Below are positions 1 through 10,430 of a DNA stretch of 64,000 bases, in pieces; within the stretch, counting starts at the first letter, position 1; every line of letters starts with the position of its first letter. The notes beneath the pieces were generated by a model. The model did no database searches, was not told the origin of the DNA, and saw nothing but the letters and a program-made list of their open reading frames with translations. Made by a program: the position numbers and the translations under genes. Origin of the DNA: Nitrospirota bacterium (GTDB lineage Bacteria > Nitrospirota > UBA9217); contig CAVWHO010000008.1 of the NCBI GenBank assembly GCA_963754875.1, positions 256,001 to 320,000 on the forward strand. Reading direction: 5' to 3'.

Positions 1-921
1 GGCAATGTTAAAGAGGTTCATGTTGTCTCCGTCTTCACAGAGCCCTTTCGCGATGCCCTTGATCGTGGTGTTCCGCGGATCGCTCACCGTGTACACCGGA
101 TGTCCGAAACCGATGATGATCTCTTTTCGCGCGACCCGGGCCATGATGTCCGCTTCGGCTTCGTCGGGCGTCCGGTAGCGCCGCTGGATCTCGTGGGCCA
201 CTTCGTTCGCGCCGCCGTGCTTCGGTCCCCGCAAAGCTCCAATCGCTCCGGTGATGGCCGAATAGACATCGGAAAGCGTGCCTGCTATGACGCGTGCGGT
301 GAAAGTGGATGCGGTGAACTCGTGCTCGGCATAAAGGATCAGTGACTGGTCGAGCGCTTTTTCATGGAGCGCTGACGGCTTTTTCCCGTGCAGGAGATGG
401 AGGAAGTGTCCTGCCACGGTATCGTCGTCGGTATCAACGTCTATCCGGGTCCCGTTCTGACTGAAATGCCACCAGTAGAGAAGCATGGAACCGAAAGATG
501 CCACCATCCGGTCAATGATGTCGCCTGCTCCGGGGATGTTCTGGTCGTCCTTCTCCGGAAGCACGTTGCCGAGGATGGAGCAGCCGGTGCGCAGCACGTC
601 CATGGGATGGGCTGATGCGGGAATGTGTTCCAGCACGGTCCTCACCTGGTTGGGCAGGCCGCGAAGGCTTTTCAGCTTTTTCTTATAGTCCTTTAATGCC
701 GACTGGGTCGGCAGTTCGCCGTGGACCAGGAGATACGCCACTTCCTCGAAGGTGGACTGTTTTGCAAGCTCCACGATATCGTAGCCGCGGTAGTGCAGAT
801 CATTCCCGGTCCTGCCGACGGTGCAGACCGCCGAGTTGCCGGCCACCACACCCGAAAGGGCGACGGATTTTTTTACCTTGGGCGCTGCTGCAGGAGTCGC
901 AGTAATAGTGTCGTTACTCAT
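1..921 (-). CDS. prpC: 2-methylcitrate synthase (3' end runs off the window)
   Basis: Manual translation from ATG at 921: MSNDTITATPAAAPKVKKSVALSGVVAGNSAVCTVGRTGNDLHYRGYDI...IIGFGHPVYTVSDPRN; citrate-synthase motifs; directly downstream of prpB. Confidence 0.93.
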   Translation of the reverse strand, partial: MSNDTITATPAAAPKVKKSVALSGVVAGNSAVCTVGRTGNDLHYRGYDIVELAKQSTFEEVAYLLVHGELPTQSALKDYKKKLKSLRGLPNQVRTVLEHIPASAHPMDVLRTGCSILGNVLPEKDDQNIPGAGDIIDRMVASFGSMLLYWWHFSQNGTRIDVDTDDDTVAGHFLHLLHGKKPSALHEKALDQSLILYAEHEFTASTFTARVIAGTLSDVYSAITGAIGALRGPKHGGANEVAHEIQRRYRTPDEAEADIMARVARKEIIIGFGHPVYTVSDPRNTTIKGIAKGLCEDGDNMNLFNIA

Positions 922-922
922 G

Positions 923-1810
923 TTATTTTTCCTCCTTGGAAAATATTTTATCGAGCTTTTCTTCGAAAGCATGGTAATCAAGGTAATCATAGAGATCGGC
1001 ACGGGTCTGCATGAGGTTGATCACGTTTTTCTGGGATTCTTCCTTGCGGATCGTGCAATAGACCGTCAGCGCGGCCTTGCTCATGGCCCGGAACGCGGAC
1101 AGCGGATACAATACGAGGGAGACATCGACGCTGCGCAGTTCTTCCACCGAATAGAGCGGCGTTGCGCCGAACTCGGTGATGTTGGCGAGGATCGGCACCT
1201 TTACCGCCTGGGCGAACTTCTTATACATGACAAGATCGGTTATCGCCTCGGGGAAGATCATGTCCGCACCGGCTTCGACACATGCCTGTGCACGGTCGAT
1301 CGCTGCTTCAAGCCCCTCCACGGCGAGAGCGTCTGTTCTCGCCATGATGACGAACTCCGAATCGGTCTTTGCATCGACCGCCGCCTTGATGCGGTCCACC
1401 ATTTCGTCTTTGCTGACGATTGCCTTGCCGGGTCGGTGGCCGCAGCGTTTCGCCTGTACCTGGTCTTCGATATGCACGGCGGCCGCCCCGGCTTTGATCA
1501 TGGATTTTATCGCACGCGCGATGTTGAAGGCGCCGCCCCATCCGGTATCGATGTCAACAAGCACGGGAAGATCCGTGTTATCGGTGATGCGCCGAACGTC
1601 AGTCAGGACGTCTTCCATTGTGGTGATGCCGAGGTCCGGAACGCCGAGCGATCCGGCGGCAACGCCGCCGCCCGAAACATAGAGCGCTTTGAAACCCGTG
1701 CGCTCTGCCAGGCGCGCCGCATACGCATTGATCGCGCCCACGACCTGTAATGGTTTTTCTTCACGTAGGGCCGCCCGAAAACGGCTGCCCGGTGATATCG
1801 GTCTTGTCAT
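923..1810 (-). CDS. prpB: 2-methylisocitrate lyase
   Basis: [23 protein letters not shown] and the catalytic loop KRCGHRPGK. Confidence 0.97.
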   Translation of the reverse strand: MTRPISPGSRFRAALREEKPLQVVGAINAYAARLAERTGFKALYVSGGGVAAGSLGVPDLGITTMEDVLTDVRRITDNTDLPVLVDIDTGWGGAFNIARAIKSMIKAGAAAVHIEDQVQAKRCGHRPGKAIVSKDEMVDRIKAAVDAKTDSEFVIMARTDALAVEGLEAAIDRAQACVEAGADMIFPEAITDLVMYKKFAQAVKVPILANITEFGATPLYSVEELRSVDVSLVLYPLSAFRAMSKAALTVYCTIRKEESQKNVINLMQTRADLYDYLDYHAFEEKLDKIFSKEEK

Positions 1811-1935
1811 GCCAGAATCCTCCTCAGAACAATTGATGTTTTATCATCTCGCTACCATTGTTTCAACTGCTTCAACGGCATGGAACGAAGTATCGAGAAA
1901 AAATGACCGATATATAGAATGGCGACATTAGTAAG

Positions 1936-1951
1936 AGCAATTACCGGGCCA
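1936..1951 (-). promoter_or_regulatory. sigma54 (-24/-12) promoter of prpBC
   Basis: Minus strand TGGCCCG-GTAA-TTGCT matches TGGCACG-N4-TTGC(A/T) with correct GG-N10-GC spacing; sigma54 activator gene adjacent. Confidence 0.85.
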
Positions 1952-2060
1952 GGAATAGACAGTATCAGAAAGCTAACACTTATTGAGTTTAACAGATTGA
2001 TATTATGAGATTGTTTATCGGAAGGAATATTAGATAAAAGAAAAAATACTTTTCATCAAC

Positions 2061-2106
2061 TGCAATAATTATCATTTATTGCGAATTATTGCAGGCAACA
2101 TGTTGC
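2061..2106. promoter_or_regulatory. Putative upstream activator sequences for the sigma54 activator
   Basis: Inverted repeat TGCAATAATT...AATTATTGCA (2061-2093) and palindrome GCAACATGTTGC (2095-2106), 110-155 bp upstream of the -24 box. Confidence 0.55.
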
Positions 2107-2110
2107 AGTA

Positions 2111-3838
2111 TCATACTTCGGTAATACCAAATTTTTTTATCTTATAGTAAAGATTTCTCAGCGCGACGTCCAGGAGCTCTGCAGCCTTTTCTCTATTTCC
2201 GCCCGATTCTCTGAGCGCCCTCATAATAGCGGCACGCTCTGCATCGGAAACCACCTGATCGAGTGAACGCGGCGCCATCGCTGCTTGTTCGGCAGCGAGG
2301 AATGCCTCGTTTATTTTCTCGCACTCTAGGATCGGCAGATGCTGCGTATCGATCACCCTCTCTTGCGGCCGCATGTTGATCATGGCCCGGCCGAGAACGT
2401 TTTCGAGTTCTCTGACATTTCCGGGCCAGGGGTATTTCCCGAGTTCCGCAAGGGCTTCCGGCGCCATACCCGTCACTTGTCTTCCGAATTCCTGGTTCAG
2501 GCGGAAGATAACATGCTGGACCAGCCGCGGGATGTCCTCCGGCCGCGCCCGGAGCGGCGGGATCGCGATAGGCAAGACGTTCAGACGGTAATAGAGGTCC
2601 CCCTTGAACGTGCCGTCTTTCACTTTCTGCTCAAGGTTCACATTGGTCGCGGCGATCACCCGAACGTCGACAGAGCAAGGCATCGTACTGCCGACGCGAA
2701 CGATCTCTCGCTCTTGCAGCACCCGGAGTAATTTCCGCTGGAGCGACAGGCTGATTTCGCCGATCTCGTCAAGAAAGATGGTGCCGCCGCTCGCCTCTTC
2801 AAAGAGGCCTTTCTTACCGCCCTTCAGGGCGCCGGTAAAGGCCCCTTCCACGTAACCGAACAGTTCGCTCTCAAGCAGGTTCTCGGACAGCGCTGCACAA
2901 TTGACCCGGACGAACTGCCCTTGCTGCCGCGCGCTCGCATTGTGGATCGCATGAGCAAAGAGCTCCTTGCCGGTCCCGCTCTCTCCGCGCAACAGCACGG
3001 TTGCAGGCGTCTCGGCGGCCCTTCGAGCCTGGTCTTTCGCGGCCACCATGGCGGGGCTTGAGCCGATAATGTCGCCCCAGGTATAACGGGCTTTGAGGTG
3101 ACGTATGAGTTTCCGCGCCTGGGCCAGTTCCTCGTTGAGCCCCATGATCTCGGAAATATCGTGGATCACACCGACGCTTCCCTTGATCTGGCCGTCGATA
3201 AAGATGGGGGCCACATTCACGATCACTTCTTTTTTTGCGGCCCCCACCTTCATCCGTACGTTGCGAACGGGCCTGCCGCTCCGGAGCACCTTCAAATGCA
3301 TGCTCTCTCCCTCGGCGATGTCCACGGTCACGGGTTTATTCAACACGGCGTCCTTGGTGAACCCGGTGAGGCGCGTGTACGCAGGGTTCACGATCATGTT
3401 GTTGCCGTGCTCGTCGGCCACGGAGATGGCGTCCGCCGTGGATTCGATCACTGCTTCGAGGAGACTCTGCACATTCCAGAGGCCGGTCACTTTGTCCGTA
3501 AGGGTCCGGATCTCCGTAATATCGCGGAATACCGCTACGGCCCCGATGATCTCGCCTGCCTCGTCTCTCACCGGCACGCGGTTCGTTACGATGACTACAT
3601 CGTTCAGGTGCTGCTCCTGGTTAATCTCGGGCTTGCCTTCGTGCAGGACTACGTGGAGGCGGGTATTGGGGATGACTTCGATGGCGGAACGATTGAGGAC
3701 GGTTTCTGCCTTCAGGCCGGTGATACGTTCAGCAGCTTTATTAAAAAGCGTAACAACACCTGACTTATTGATGGCAATCATCCCGTCATGGGTCGAATCG
3801 AGGATGATGTCCAGTTCGCGTGTGGTGATTGCAGCCAT
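2111..3838 (-). CDS. sigma54-dependent transcriptional activator (PAS-PAS-AAA+-Fis HTH), probable prp regulator
   Basis: GESGTGKE, GAFTGA, FLDEIGE, WPGNVRELEN, C-terminal HTH; two PAS domains; start taken at MAAITT. Confidence 0.92.
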   Translation of the reverse strand: MAAITTRELDIILDSTHDGMIAINKSGVVTLFNKAAERITGLKAETVLNRSAIEVIPNTRLHVVLHEGKPEINQEQHLNDVVIVTNRVPVRDEAGEIIGAVAVFRDITEIRTLTDKVTGLWNVQSLLEAVIESTADAISVADEHGNNMIVNPAYTRLTGFTKDAVLNKPVTVDIAEGESMHLKVLRSGRPVRNVRMKVGAAKKEVIVNVAPIFIDGQIKGSVGVIHDISEIMGLNEELAQARKLIRHLKARYTWGDIIGSSPAMVAAKDQARRAAETPATVLLRGESGTGKELFAHAIHNASARQQGQFVRVNCAALSENLLESELFGYVEGAFTGALKGGKKGLFEEASGGTIFLDEIGEISLSLQRKLLRVLQEREIVRVGSTMPCSVDVRVIAATNVNLEQKVKDGTFKGDLYYRLNVLPIAIPPLRARPEDIPRLVQHVIFRLNQEFGRQVTGMAPEALAELGKYPWPGNVRELENVLGRAMINMRPQERVIDTQHLPILECEKINEAFLAAEQAAMAPRSLDQVVSDAERAAIMRALRESGGNREKAAELLDVALRNLYYKIKKFGITEV

Positions 3839-3958
3839 ATTCCGTCCTTGTCCGGGAATTGTACTGCAAACATCCTCTTTACGCAAGCGCCAAAAAACGA
3901 TGGTTCACCGTGGAAACACAGGATACTCAGTCAAATTATCAAGGCACTGATGCTTACA

Positions 3959-6400
3959 TCAACTTGCCCTCGCTCGCAAGGAATTTCCCACAACGCTTAA
4001 GGAACTGAGGGCCATTGCTCCCGCCGCCACAATGGGGTGAAGAACGCCTGCGATTGCAAGAGGGATCGCCACCGCGTTATAGGCAAAGGCCCAGAAAAGG
4101 TTCTGCCGTATAATGGAAAAGGTCTTCTTCGACAGTTTCAGCGCCTGCGGCACGAGCCGAAGATCGTATCGCATGAGCACCATGTCCGCGCTTTCCAGGG
4201 CAATGTCCGTGGCCCTTCCCATGGCGATGCCGACCTCGGCCTCGACAAGTGCGGGCGCGTCATTGATCCCGTCTCCTACCATGATGCAGTGTTTTCCTTT
4301 TTCGTGCATCTTCCGGATGTCCTCCACTTTTTCCAAGGGAGAACGTTTTGCCTGCACGTCCGTGATCCCGACACTTCTGGCAACGGCTTCTGCCGTAGCC
4401 AAGGCGTCTCCCGTAATCATCACGATTTCGTGGCCCTGTCGCTTGAGAAGTTTGACCGCTTCCGCTGCTTCTTTTCTCGGCGCGTCGGACACGGCGAATA
4501 CGCCCGCCAGATTTCCGGCATAGGCGAGGTACACAACTGTGGCCCCTTCTTCTTGGCGGGACGAAGCGAGTGTAATTTCGCTCGCGTCCAGGCTCCTCTT
4601 GGTCCCCTCCGTTTCAATGAACTCACGGTTGCCGACCAAAACATCATTTCCGGCAATCCTGCCGCGAATCCCCTTGCCCGGAACGACGGTAAATGCCGTT
4701 ACCTCGGAGAATGAACAACCACGGGCCGCGGCTGTTACGGCGTTGCCGATCGAGTGTTCTGAAAATCTTTCGAGGGAAGCAGCGAGACAAAGAGCTTCCC
4801 TGTCCTCCATGCCGATCCCGCGGGAAAAGATCAACGACGGTTTACCTTCGGTAATAGTTCCGGTTTTGTCGAATACGACCACATTGACTTTTTTTGTCCG
4901 CTCAATCACGTCGCCGCCTTTGATCAGGATCCCCTTCGACGCTCCGAAGGTGGTACCGATCAGGATGGCCAGGGGCGTGGCGAGCCCCAAAGCGCAGGGA
5001 CAGGCGATGACCATTACGGACACCGCGTTCATTACGGCCACGGACACCGGACTCCCCCTGAAGAGCCAGTACCCTGCTGTTGCGAGACTGAGCAGCATGA
5101 CAGCCGGGACGAAGATAGAAATCATGCGGTCCACGAGGGATTGGACAGGCGCGCGCCTCGCCTGCGCATCCTCCACTGCTTTGATGATGCGCGCCAATAC
5201 CGTATCGCTGCCCGTCATCGTCACCTGATAGACGAAACGGCCGTAGAGGTTCACGGTCCCGCAGCAGACTTCGGACCCGGGCTGTTTCGCTGCCGGCCGG
5301 GACTCGCCGGTTAACATGGACTCGTCTGTTTCCGACTCCCCTTCTTTCACCATGCCGTCGAGCGGGATCTTTTCTCCGGGTATCACCTCGATGAGGTCTC
5401 CGGGCCTCACGAGAGACACAGGGACCATACGCCGATCGGCATTCAGCATTGTTCCGGTCTCGTCCTTGAGCTCCTTCGACGAGAACAGCTTTCGTGCTTC
5501 CTGCGGGGCGAGCGTAACAAGCCTCATAATGACTTCCGATGCTTTTCGCTTGGCCCCGGATTCGATGTACCTTCCCAGAAGGATCAGGGTAATAATCATG
5601 ACGGCCGTGTCGAAGTAAACCTCACCGCCTATCATCATCTGGTAGATGCTGTACAAATAAGCCGATCCTGCGCCTGCAGCTATCAGGAAGTCCATGTTGA
5701 AGGTAAGATTTCTCAGCCCCCGTACGGCTCCGGCCAGAAACGGCCATCCCGAATAAAAGATCACCGGCGTGGTCAACGCCAGCGAGATCACGTTAAAAAC
5801 GTTCTTCATCCTCACGTCCATGCCCTGGAAGTAACCGGCGTACAGGGCGATGGAGAAGATCATGAGTTGCATGGAAAGGAAGCCTGCGGTCCCGAAGCGG
5901 AGAAGAAGGTCGCGCGAAGCTTTCCGTTGCTCCTCCTCGATTGCCGCGGCAAGGAAGGGCTTCGGCGTGTATCCGATGGACGTGATGCGGGACAGGATCG
6001 TTTCGATGCGCGTTTCCGCGGGAAGCCAGCGGATGCGAGCCCGGTGCGTTGCGTAGTTGACCTGGGCAAAGGTCACGCCCTGGGTCTTCATGAGGATCTT
6101 TTCATTCAGCCAGACACAGGAGGCGCAGCGGATGCCGTCGAGTACGATATCCAGTTCAAGTTCAGTCCCCGACTGCCGGACCTGCGCGGCAAATGCGGCA
6201 AGGTCCACGGGCCTGGCAACAACCGGACCGGGCTGCCACTCCCTCCGGCGCCTATAGAAATCGTCCAGTCCTTCGCTATTGATAAGCTGGTAAACATCCT
6301 GGCAGCCGTGACAACAGAAAACCTTCTGAGATCCGTTAAGAGAATCATAGACCGCTTCGTTATCGGGAAATTCAATGAGGCAGTGGTCACAGGTCAACAT
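3959..6400 (-). CDS. Heavy-metal (Cu+) P1B-type ATPase, FixI/CcoI-like
   Basis: N-terminal CDHC...CCHGC, HMA-like CASC, CPC, DKTGT, GDGIND, YN and MxxSS motifs. Confidence 0.92.
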   Translation of the reverse strand: MLTCDHCLIEFPDNEAVYDSLNGSQKVFCCHGCQDVYQLINSEGLDDFYRRRREWQPGPVVARPVDLAAFAAQVRQSGTELELDIVLDGIRCASCVWLNEKILMKTQGVTFAQVNYATHRARIRWLPAETRIETILSRITSIGYTPKPFLAAAIEEEQRKASRDLLLRFGTAGFLSMQLMIFSIALYAGYFQGMDVRMKNVFNVISLALTTPVIFYSGWPFLAGAVRGLRNLTFNMDFLIAAGAGSAYLYSIYQMMIGGEVYFDTAVMIITLILLGRYIESGAKRKASEVIMRLVTLAPQEARKLFSSKELKDETGTMLNADRRMVPVSLVRPGDLIEVIPGEKIPLDGMVKEGESETDESMLTGESRPAAKQPGSEVCCGTVNLYGRFVYQVTMTGSDTVLARIIKAVEDAQARRAPVQSLVDRMISIFVPAVMLLSLATAGYWLFRGSPVSVAVMNAVSVMVIACPCALGLATPLAILIGTTFGASKGILIKGGDVIERTKKVNVVVFDKTGTITEGKPSLIFSRGIGMEDREALCLAASLERFSEHSIGNAVTAAARGCSFSEVTAFTVVPGKGIRGRIAGNDVLVGNREFIETEGTKRSLDASEITLASSRQEEGATVVYLAYAGNLAGVFAVSDAPRKEAAEAVKLLKRQGHEIVMITGDALATAEAVARSVGITDVQAKRSPLEKVEDIRKMHEKGKHCIMVGDGINDAPALVEAEVGIAMGRATDIALESADMVLMRYDLRLVPQALKLSKKTFSIIRQNLFWAFAYNAVAIPLAIAGVLHPIVAAGAMALSSLSVVGNSLRARAS

Positions 6401-7067
6401 ACAGCTCTATCCCCTTCAATATATAGTAGAGACCCATAACCATTACCACGACGCCGCCCGCCTTCTGCACCCGGGCGCGCAGCCGCGAACCGAGATAGCT
6501 GACTATCATACCGAAGAGCAACAGGGCCGGGACCGTGCCAGCGCCGAAGGCGAGCATGGTGAACATACCGGCAAGCGGTGTCCCTGTGCCTGCTGCTGCA
6601 ATAAAGGCCGTATAGGAAAGTCCGCAGGGTAAGAGCCCTAGTACCAGTCCGAGAGGAAGATATCTCCAGCCGGAACTATGGGAAAATATTTTTTTTGCCA
6701 TGCCGAGGACCAGCGAATTATGTTGTTCCAGCCAACCCGTTCCGCCCAAGACACCGAGGATGCTGAGTCCCATGACGAGCATGATGAGGCCGGCCGCGAT
6801 CATGACCCCGTTCTGGACCCCCGCCAGCTTGCTCGCCACGTTCACGAAGGAGCCGACAAGCCCCATGACCGCTCCCACGGTCCCGTAGGTGGTGATACGG
6901 CCCGTGTTGTAAAGCAGTTGGCGAACGACCGTGCCCGGCACACCCGTGCGTTTGGCAGCTGCTGAGTGCAGCGCGGACGAGGCTACGAGCGGACCGCACA
7001 TGCCGATGCAATGCCCGAACCCGCCGACGAGCCCCGTGGTCAGGGCCAAAAGATAACCGGCATTCAT
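6387..7067 (-). CDS. DsbD_2 / TauE-SafE family membrane protein (Cu-oxidase assembly associated)
   Basis: HCIGMCGP and GLLPCG motifs; multiple transmembrane segments; overlaps the ATPase start. Confidence 0.85.
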   Translation of the reverse strand: MNAGYLLALTTGLVGGFGHCIGMCGPLVASSALHSAAAKRTGVPGTVVRQLLYNTGRITTYGTVGAVMGLVGSFVNVASKLAGVQNGVMIAAGLIMLVMGLSILGVLGGTGWLEQHNSLVLGMAKKIFSHSSGWRYLPLGLVLGLLPCGLSYTAFIAAAGTGTPLAGMFTMLAFGAGTVPALLLFGMIVSYLGSRLRARVQKAGGVVVMVMGLYYILKGIELYVDL

Positions 7068-7068
7068 G

Positions 7069-7524
7069 TCAGGGGACCTCGAACAGATAGTTCACGACTG
7101 ATTTTTTTCCGCCCTGTTCTATTGTGACAGAGGCTTGCCAATTTTTCCCCCCGCTCGGACAGTGAATGATGACACCCGTCCCTTCGTAGATACCGTCCGC
7201 GCGGTGTGCGAGCCGGACGATATTTTCCCCCATGTACATACCGGGCATCGACAGGTTGATCAGGAGGGAGGCGTTCGTGACCGGCTTGCCCTTCTCTTTC
7301 ACTGTCACAATAAAGGTCAGCTCCCGCATGGCCTTGAGCGGTTTGGGGGAAACGTCGAAGCCCACCGAGAGAGCGCCCGAAGTCTGGACGCAGGAACCGG
7401 CATCGATGCGGCAGTCCGGCTCTGCGGCATTAAGTGCTGGCGTGCGGATTCCAAGAAATGTAATTATCAACAGGAGTGGGGTAAGTGACGCTAGTTTTTT
7501 TTTCGTGGTCCGGCAAGCATACAT
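7069..7524 (-). CDS. FixH/YtkA-like exported protein
   Basis: Signal peptide; LSMPGMYMG motif; Cys pairs; in operon with the Cu ATPase. Confidence 0.6.
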   Translation of the reverse strand: MYACRTTKKKLASLTPLLLIITFLGIRTPALNAAEPDCRIDAGSCVQTSGALSVGFDVSPKPLKAMRELTFIVTVKEKGKPVTNASLLINLSMPGMYMGENIVRLAHRADGIYEGTGVIIHCPSGGKNWQASVTIEQGGKKSVVNYLFEVP

Positions 7525-7587
7525 AAGTACTAGTATAACATGCTGTGTGAGGCAGCGGGGGTTTGCACGATGCCAAGATTTAGGTAG

Positions 7588-8901
7588 TTAAAAATGCACT
7601 TCGATCCCGACCATGTAACTTTCCGCGAGGAGAGAATTGAATTCCGTATTCCTTCCACTGCCCACGGCAACAGTGTTGATGTTAAAAAGCTGGACACGAT
7701 TCGACATTTGCCATTCAATGATCGAAGAGGCCTGGCCTGCATGCTCTTCCAAGCCGTGGGTATACCTCACGATGACATCGAGGACGTTCTTAATTTCCCT
7801 GACCTGAAATTGTCCCATGAGATAATATCTCCTGAGAAAGGGCAGCTCGTTGTTAATCGTTTCACCGAGCGTCATCTGCGACAAGCCGGACATCGGCGTT
7901 GCATCAAAAAAATGGTCGTATGCATTCTGCCGGATCATGTAGTAGGAGTTTGCTTCGGCATTGTCGTAACCCAGGCCGTTGTAAAGAAATTCCATGCTGA
8001 GCGTCGATCCTGACAAAAATGTATACGATCCCCCGGCTGATACTGTCGTGAAGAGCCTGCTTGAGCCGTCATAGCGTTTTGCAAAAGCTCCGCCCAGCGG
8101 GTTGGAAGCATCGGCAACAGGATAGAGTGCATCGTTTCCTTTTGATACAATCCCGTCATAATAGAGAAGAACCGCATCCGATGCCGTCAACTGGCCGTAG
8201 CTTCCCAAACGGAAACGGTCGTCCTGCCGATAATAGGCGATCATGCTGATGAGTGAATTGCTGTTCAGATAATCAACCTTCAGCGCCTGCGCGGGTTTGA
8301 GCGACTCCCCGAGATCGTTATTCTCCTTTTGCGTTTCCGAGATCAGGTTGATGGTGATTATGCTGTTCGGTACGTAAATCACTTTTGCCAGATATTTTCC
8401 TTCTACTTCGGTCTTTGGGTTTATCTTTTCCGTGTCCTTGAACAGGATGTTCGAGGGGCTCGCGATGAAAGACGGGCCCCAGAGCAATTTTTCTTTTCCA
8501 AAGGAAACAAATACAGTTGAGAGCGGTTTTGCCTGTACGCGCCACTCATTCACGAACGCCCGGTCCGATGACTGGTTTTTGCCTTTCGAAACGCCGTCTT
8601 CCCACCACTGATAAGACGCTATGACCCGCGGTTTGAACAAAGCGCTCACGTCCGGCAAATCCAGAAAAAAATCCGGCCGCAGATCGAGCTCCGTAGAATA
8701 CCGGTACAGATCGAGGAAAGCATTGTCCGGGTTCTGCGTCGAGTGTCCGGGAACCTGCATATCGCCGAAAACGAGAGCTTTTAGGTTATAGGAGAATGCA
8801 TCGCTGCCCTTGCTGTCCTCACCCGCCGCAGCAACAAGAGGAAGGAAAGAAAAGAGAACCGACATTATGGAAAGCGCCACTGATGATTTCAAGAATTTCA
8901 T
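7588..8901 (-). CDS. Putative outer-membrane beta-barrel protein
   Basis: Signal peptide, GKEKLLWG motif, alternating beta pattern, C-terminal Phe (GIEVHF). Confidence 0.7.
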   Translation of the reverse strand: MKFLKSSVALSIMSVLFSFLPLVAAAGEDSKGSDAFSYNLKALVFGDMQVPGHSTQNPDNAFLDLYRYSTELDLRPDFFLDLPDVSALFKPRVIASYQWWEDGVSKGKNQSSDRAFVNEWRVQAKPLSTVFVSFGKEKLLWGPSFIASPSNILFKDTEKINPKTEVEGKYLAKVIYVPNSIITINLISETQKENNDLGESLKPAQALKVDYLNSNSLISMIAYYRQDDRFRLGSYGQLTASDAVLLYYDGIVSKGNDALYPVADASNPLGGAFAKRYDGSSRLFTTVSAGGSYTFLSGSTLSMEFLYNGLGYDNAEANSYYMIRQNAYDHFFDATPMSGLSQMTLGETINNELPFLRRYYLMGQFQVREIKNVLDVIVRYTHGLEEHAGQASSIIEWQMSNRVQLFNINTVAVGSGRNTEFNSLLAESYMVGIEVHF

Positions 8902-9057
8902 CGCATAATCTCAAACTGTGATCAAAAAAAAGCTAATCTTCATCTTGTGGAGAATTGCCTCGAAGACCAGAGCCTCGCAGGGCTCCTTTTACATCCGCAA
9001 ATTTTGCGTTGCCTTCCTCCGCGTCTCAGCGTCTCCGCGGTTCACTGATTTCATCTT

Positions 9058-9810
9058 CTACCGTACCAGCACGTTCAGGTTAAACGTCGTATCAGGGATC
9101 GGTTCAACCTTGATATTAGTATAGGTCATCGTGGTTATCCGGTCTTTCTGGATCGCGTCCCGGATGATCAGCTCCGAAACAAAGGGGATTTCTTCCTGAT
9201 CGTCCATTTTGACCCGGTTGCCATACTTGAATTCCGCGGTTTTGAAGAGCTTGCCGGACAAGGTGTAAAACTCGGCCTTCACCCCGACAAGCCGCTCTTT
9301 CGAGACCCAGTACTTGATCCGGTCATAGGTCACATTCTTACTGGCCGCCTTCAGATCCAGAACGTAGCATGCCTCTCCGCGGACGCTTTCTTCGCCCAGA
9401 AACGCGGCGTTATAATCACCTGCATAATTCGTAGACGCGATATCGCCGTTTGCCGCATCGCCGATGAGCTTCTGGCGCGGCGAGAGCGAGACCGGTTTTT
9501 GCAGTCCCGAGCGTATGAACCACATGTTGCGGTCGACCATAAGCACCATGCGGTCGTTCATATTTGCCGGGCTCGTGAATTTCGCCAGGGTATTATTCTT
9601 CTTCACTTTCACCATCATGCCCCGCGATTCATTCGAACCCTCATCGGTCGTGGTGATTTTAATGTTCCAGACAATGCCACCGAGATTGCCCCGTGCGCGG
9701 TCTGCGTGCTTCAGGATGTCCTTGACTGGCAGGTCTCCCGCATGAACTCTACCGATTAATCCGCACAGGCCGAGCAGCAGGCTGAGCATGATCAGCTTAT
9801 ATTGTTTCAT
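9058..9810 (-). CDS. LolA-like outer-membrane lipoprotein-sorting protein
   Basis: Signal peptide from MKQYK; LSPRQKLIGDAANGDIA, YDRIKYWV and SGKLFKT motifs; an in-frame upstream ATG exists at 9912. Confidence 0.8.
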   Translation of the reverse strand: MKQYKLIMLSLLLGLCGLIGRVHAGDLPVKDILKHADRARGNLGGIVWNIKITTTDEGSNESRGMMVKVKKNNTLAKFTSPANMNDRMVLMVDRNMWFIRSGLQKPVSLSPRQKLIGDAANGDIASTNYAGDYNAAFLGEESVRGEACYVLDLKAASKNVTYDRIKYWVSKERLVGVKAEFYTLSGKLFKTAEFKYGNRVKMDDQEEIPFVSELIIRDAIQKDRITTMTYTNIKVEPIPDTTFNLNVLVR

Positions 9811-9818
9811 CTGAAAAT

Positions 9819-9869
9819 CCCCCCTCACCTTTATCCTCTCCCCCGAGGGGAGAGGGTGGAGTGAGGGGT
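9819..9869. repeat. CCCTCACC/GGGAGAGG-type palindromic repeat (REP-like)
   Basis: CCCCTCACC...CCTCTCCCCCGAGGGGAGAGG...GTGAGGGG; related copies at about 23418-23511 and 24155-24205. Confidence 0.7.
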
Positions 9870-9932
9870 TTTCATTCACCCTTGTGTCGACTCTCCGAAA
9901 TGAACGACTCATAGCAACCCCTCCTTTATTTC

Positions 9933-10430
9933 CTATCCCCTATTTGCATCAATCTTTTTGAACAGCTGTTCCCTGGCTTCGTCTGTCGGGCCTCCCGCGT
10001 GCAGATACCGTACATAGCCGTTGCTGTCAATGAGAACCACATTGGGAAGGCCTTTCGAAAGTCCGTAGGCCATAAAAATTGTTCCTTCCCAATCGAGAAG
10101 AATGCTGTTCGGATTCTTTTTGAAATCGTTTCGGATTTTCCCCTTTAAAAAGAACGGCACAGTCCGTACATCGGCCACACCGATAATCCTCACGCTCTTC
10201 CCGTATTTCTTCTCGACTGACTCAATCCATAAATGGTTCTGCTCTGATCCCTTTTTGTCACTTGCGAGCAGCACGAACGGCTGGCCAACAAAAGACTGCA
10301 GGCTGTATTGCCGATCATATTGATCGGATAAAGCGAACTCAGGAGCCTTGGTATTGACGAGCGACTGTTCTCCCGTTGCGAGGCTGACGGGCAGGAAAAG
10401 AAATGCAAGAAATACAAGATAGTGTTTCAT
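9933..10430 (-). CDS. Exported thioredoxin-fold (redoxin/YtfJ-like) protein without CxxC
   Basis: Signal peptide; APEFALSDQ, LLDWEG and VVLIDSNG motifs. Confidence 0.7.
   Translation of the reverse strand: MKHYLVFLAFLFLPVSLATGEQSLVNTKAPEFALSDQYDRQYSLQSFVGQPFVLLASDKKGSEQNHLWIESVEKKYGKSVRIIGVADVRTVPFFLKGKIRNDFKKNPNSILLDWEGTIFMAYGLSKGLPNVVLIDSNGYVRYLHAGGPTDEAREQLFKKIDANRG

Noticed and set aside
3959..7524. Calling this a cbb3 oxidase (ccoNOQP/ccoGHIS) operon
   Set aside because: Only the ATPase, DsbD_2-type and FixH-like genes are present; no oxidase subunits, ccoG or ccoS in the window.
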